From Pavona decussata (lineage: Eukaryota), in contig CDRNST010000175.1 of the NCBI GenBank assembly GCA_977016875.1, positions 868,001 through 932,000 on the forward strand: a stretch of 64,000 nt of DNA. Reading direction: 5' to 3'. This document shows positions 62,905-64,000 of this stretch, piece after piece; positions within the stretch are counted from its first letter, which is position 1; each line of letters opens with the position of its first letter. Made by a program: the position numbers and the translations under genes. The notes beneath the pieces are model-generated. The model searched no databases, was not told the origin of the DNA, and was given only the letters and a program-made list of their open reading frames with translations.

Positions 62905-64000
62905 TGTGACACACCCTTGGTGAGATCAACAAGCCTCCGAAGAAAGGCCTGACCTGGTAGAACAACTGCACAAGTAAAATTCAATAAGCCAATCAAAGAT
63001 TGAAATTCTTTCAGGGTAGTTTTACAGCGTTTGTGGATGTCCAATAACCGAGCATTGCATTTTTTGAAGCTTATCGTCCAGCAGACGCGCTTCCATATTA
63101 ATCGTGTCGAGTGTTATCCCAGCAAGTTAAGTGGTTGAAGGACCTTCTGTTTTTCATGTGCTATAGGTACCCCTAAACGATCACATAGGCTCAAAAAGTT
63201 GTGTAAATCGGAGGCACTTGTCCCTTGAGATATAGCAATAAACAAGAAATCATCTAGAATATGCAAAACACCAGAAGCACAGAGATAATGTTTAGGAAGC
63301 CACTCGAGCGCTGTGCTAAAGGCTTCAAATATAGCGCAAGACAAAGAACAGCCCATGGGCAAACACCGGTCAAAAAAGTACGAATTATTCCATGTCATAC
63401 CCAGTAAATGGTTATCGTCAGGGTGAATCAAAAAAGATACGGAAAGCTGATTTTATATCGGTCTTGGCCATGTAGCAACCCCTACCTAACGACTTAATGG
63501 GTGTGATAGCATGACGTATTGAAGCATAGTGAACCGACGAAAATTGGTCCGGAATAAAATCATTCACAGACAAGCCATCTGGGTATGACAAATGATGTAT
63601 AATACGAAATTCACCTGGGGTTTTCCTCGGAACTACGCCTAAAGGTGAGGAAATAAAATTATGTAAAGCTGGATGAGAAAATGGACCTACAATTTTCCCA
63701 GCACGCCATTCTTTCTCAAGTTAAGCAGCTAAAATTTCCCGTTGGTCCTCTGCACTGCGCAAATTTGAAGGAAGATGTAAGCGGCTAGTACTAACAAACC
63801 CGACGCGAAATCCAAACGAAAAATCATCAATCAAAAATTGCTTTAGATGAGGGTCATATTGTTGTAAAAGAGAGCTAAGTGTGGATACTTTTACCGGCGT
63901 TACTGGCAAGCTGTTTATTATGTGATGGAGTTGCGATAGCTCTATCCTCGGCTAGTTGGGAATGTTTGAGGCAGAGTGACAAGACATAATGGCATTTAAC
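62905..64000 (-). mobile_element. DIRS/Ngaro-type retrotransposon reverse transcriptase relic
   Basis: ISSPLGVVPRKTPGEFRIIHHLSYP, MAKTDIKSAFR, DRCLPMG, HILDDFLF, LGVPIAHEK, QSLIGLLNF; frameshifted. Confidence 0.88.

Overview
AT-rich eukaryotic DNA with GT-AG introns, most likely from a cnidarian such as a stony coral (inferred from the repeat families; not proven). I find no intact housekeeping gene, rRNA, true tRNA or CRISPR array. The window is a dense, nested collection of mobile-element relics: EnSpm/CACTA with a BEN-domain gene, Sola2 fused to a Ulp1 protease, Gypsy, Academ (RecQ and DUF6589 pieces), a near-complete Kolobok (THAP transposase plus KolX), BEL/Pao, hAT, nested Harbingers, piggyBac and Tc1 MITEs, SINEs, a tyrosine recombinase, a CxC3-KDZ (Zisupton-like) transposase and a DIRS-type RT. 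Four observations stand out. (1) Almost all coding relics lie on the minus strand, as in a uni-strand, flamenco-like piRNA cluster. (2) A spliced, stop-free gene segment at 44452-46567 resembles a bacterial-type beta-class N4C/N6A DNA methyltransferase with a degenerate SAM motif. (3) A parvovirus/densovirus-like HUH NS1 relic at about 26.4-27.5 kb sits inside (4) a tandem array of about 1.2 kb units built from decayed host-like coding sequence. All family assignments come from motif recognition by eye; no database searches were run.
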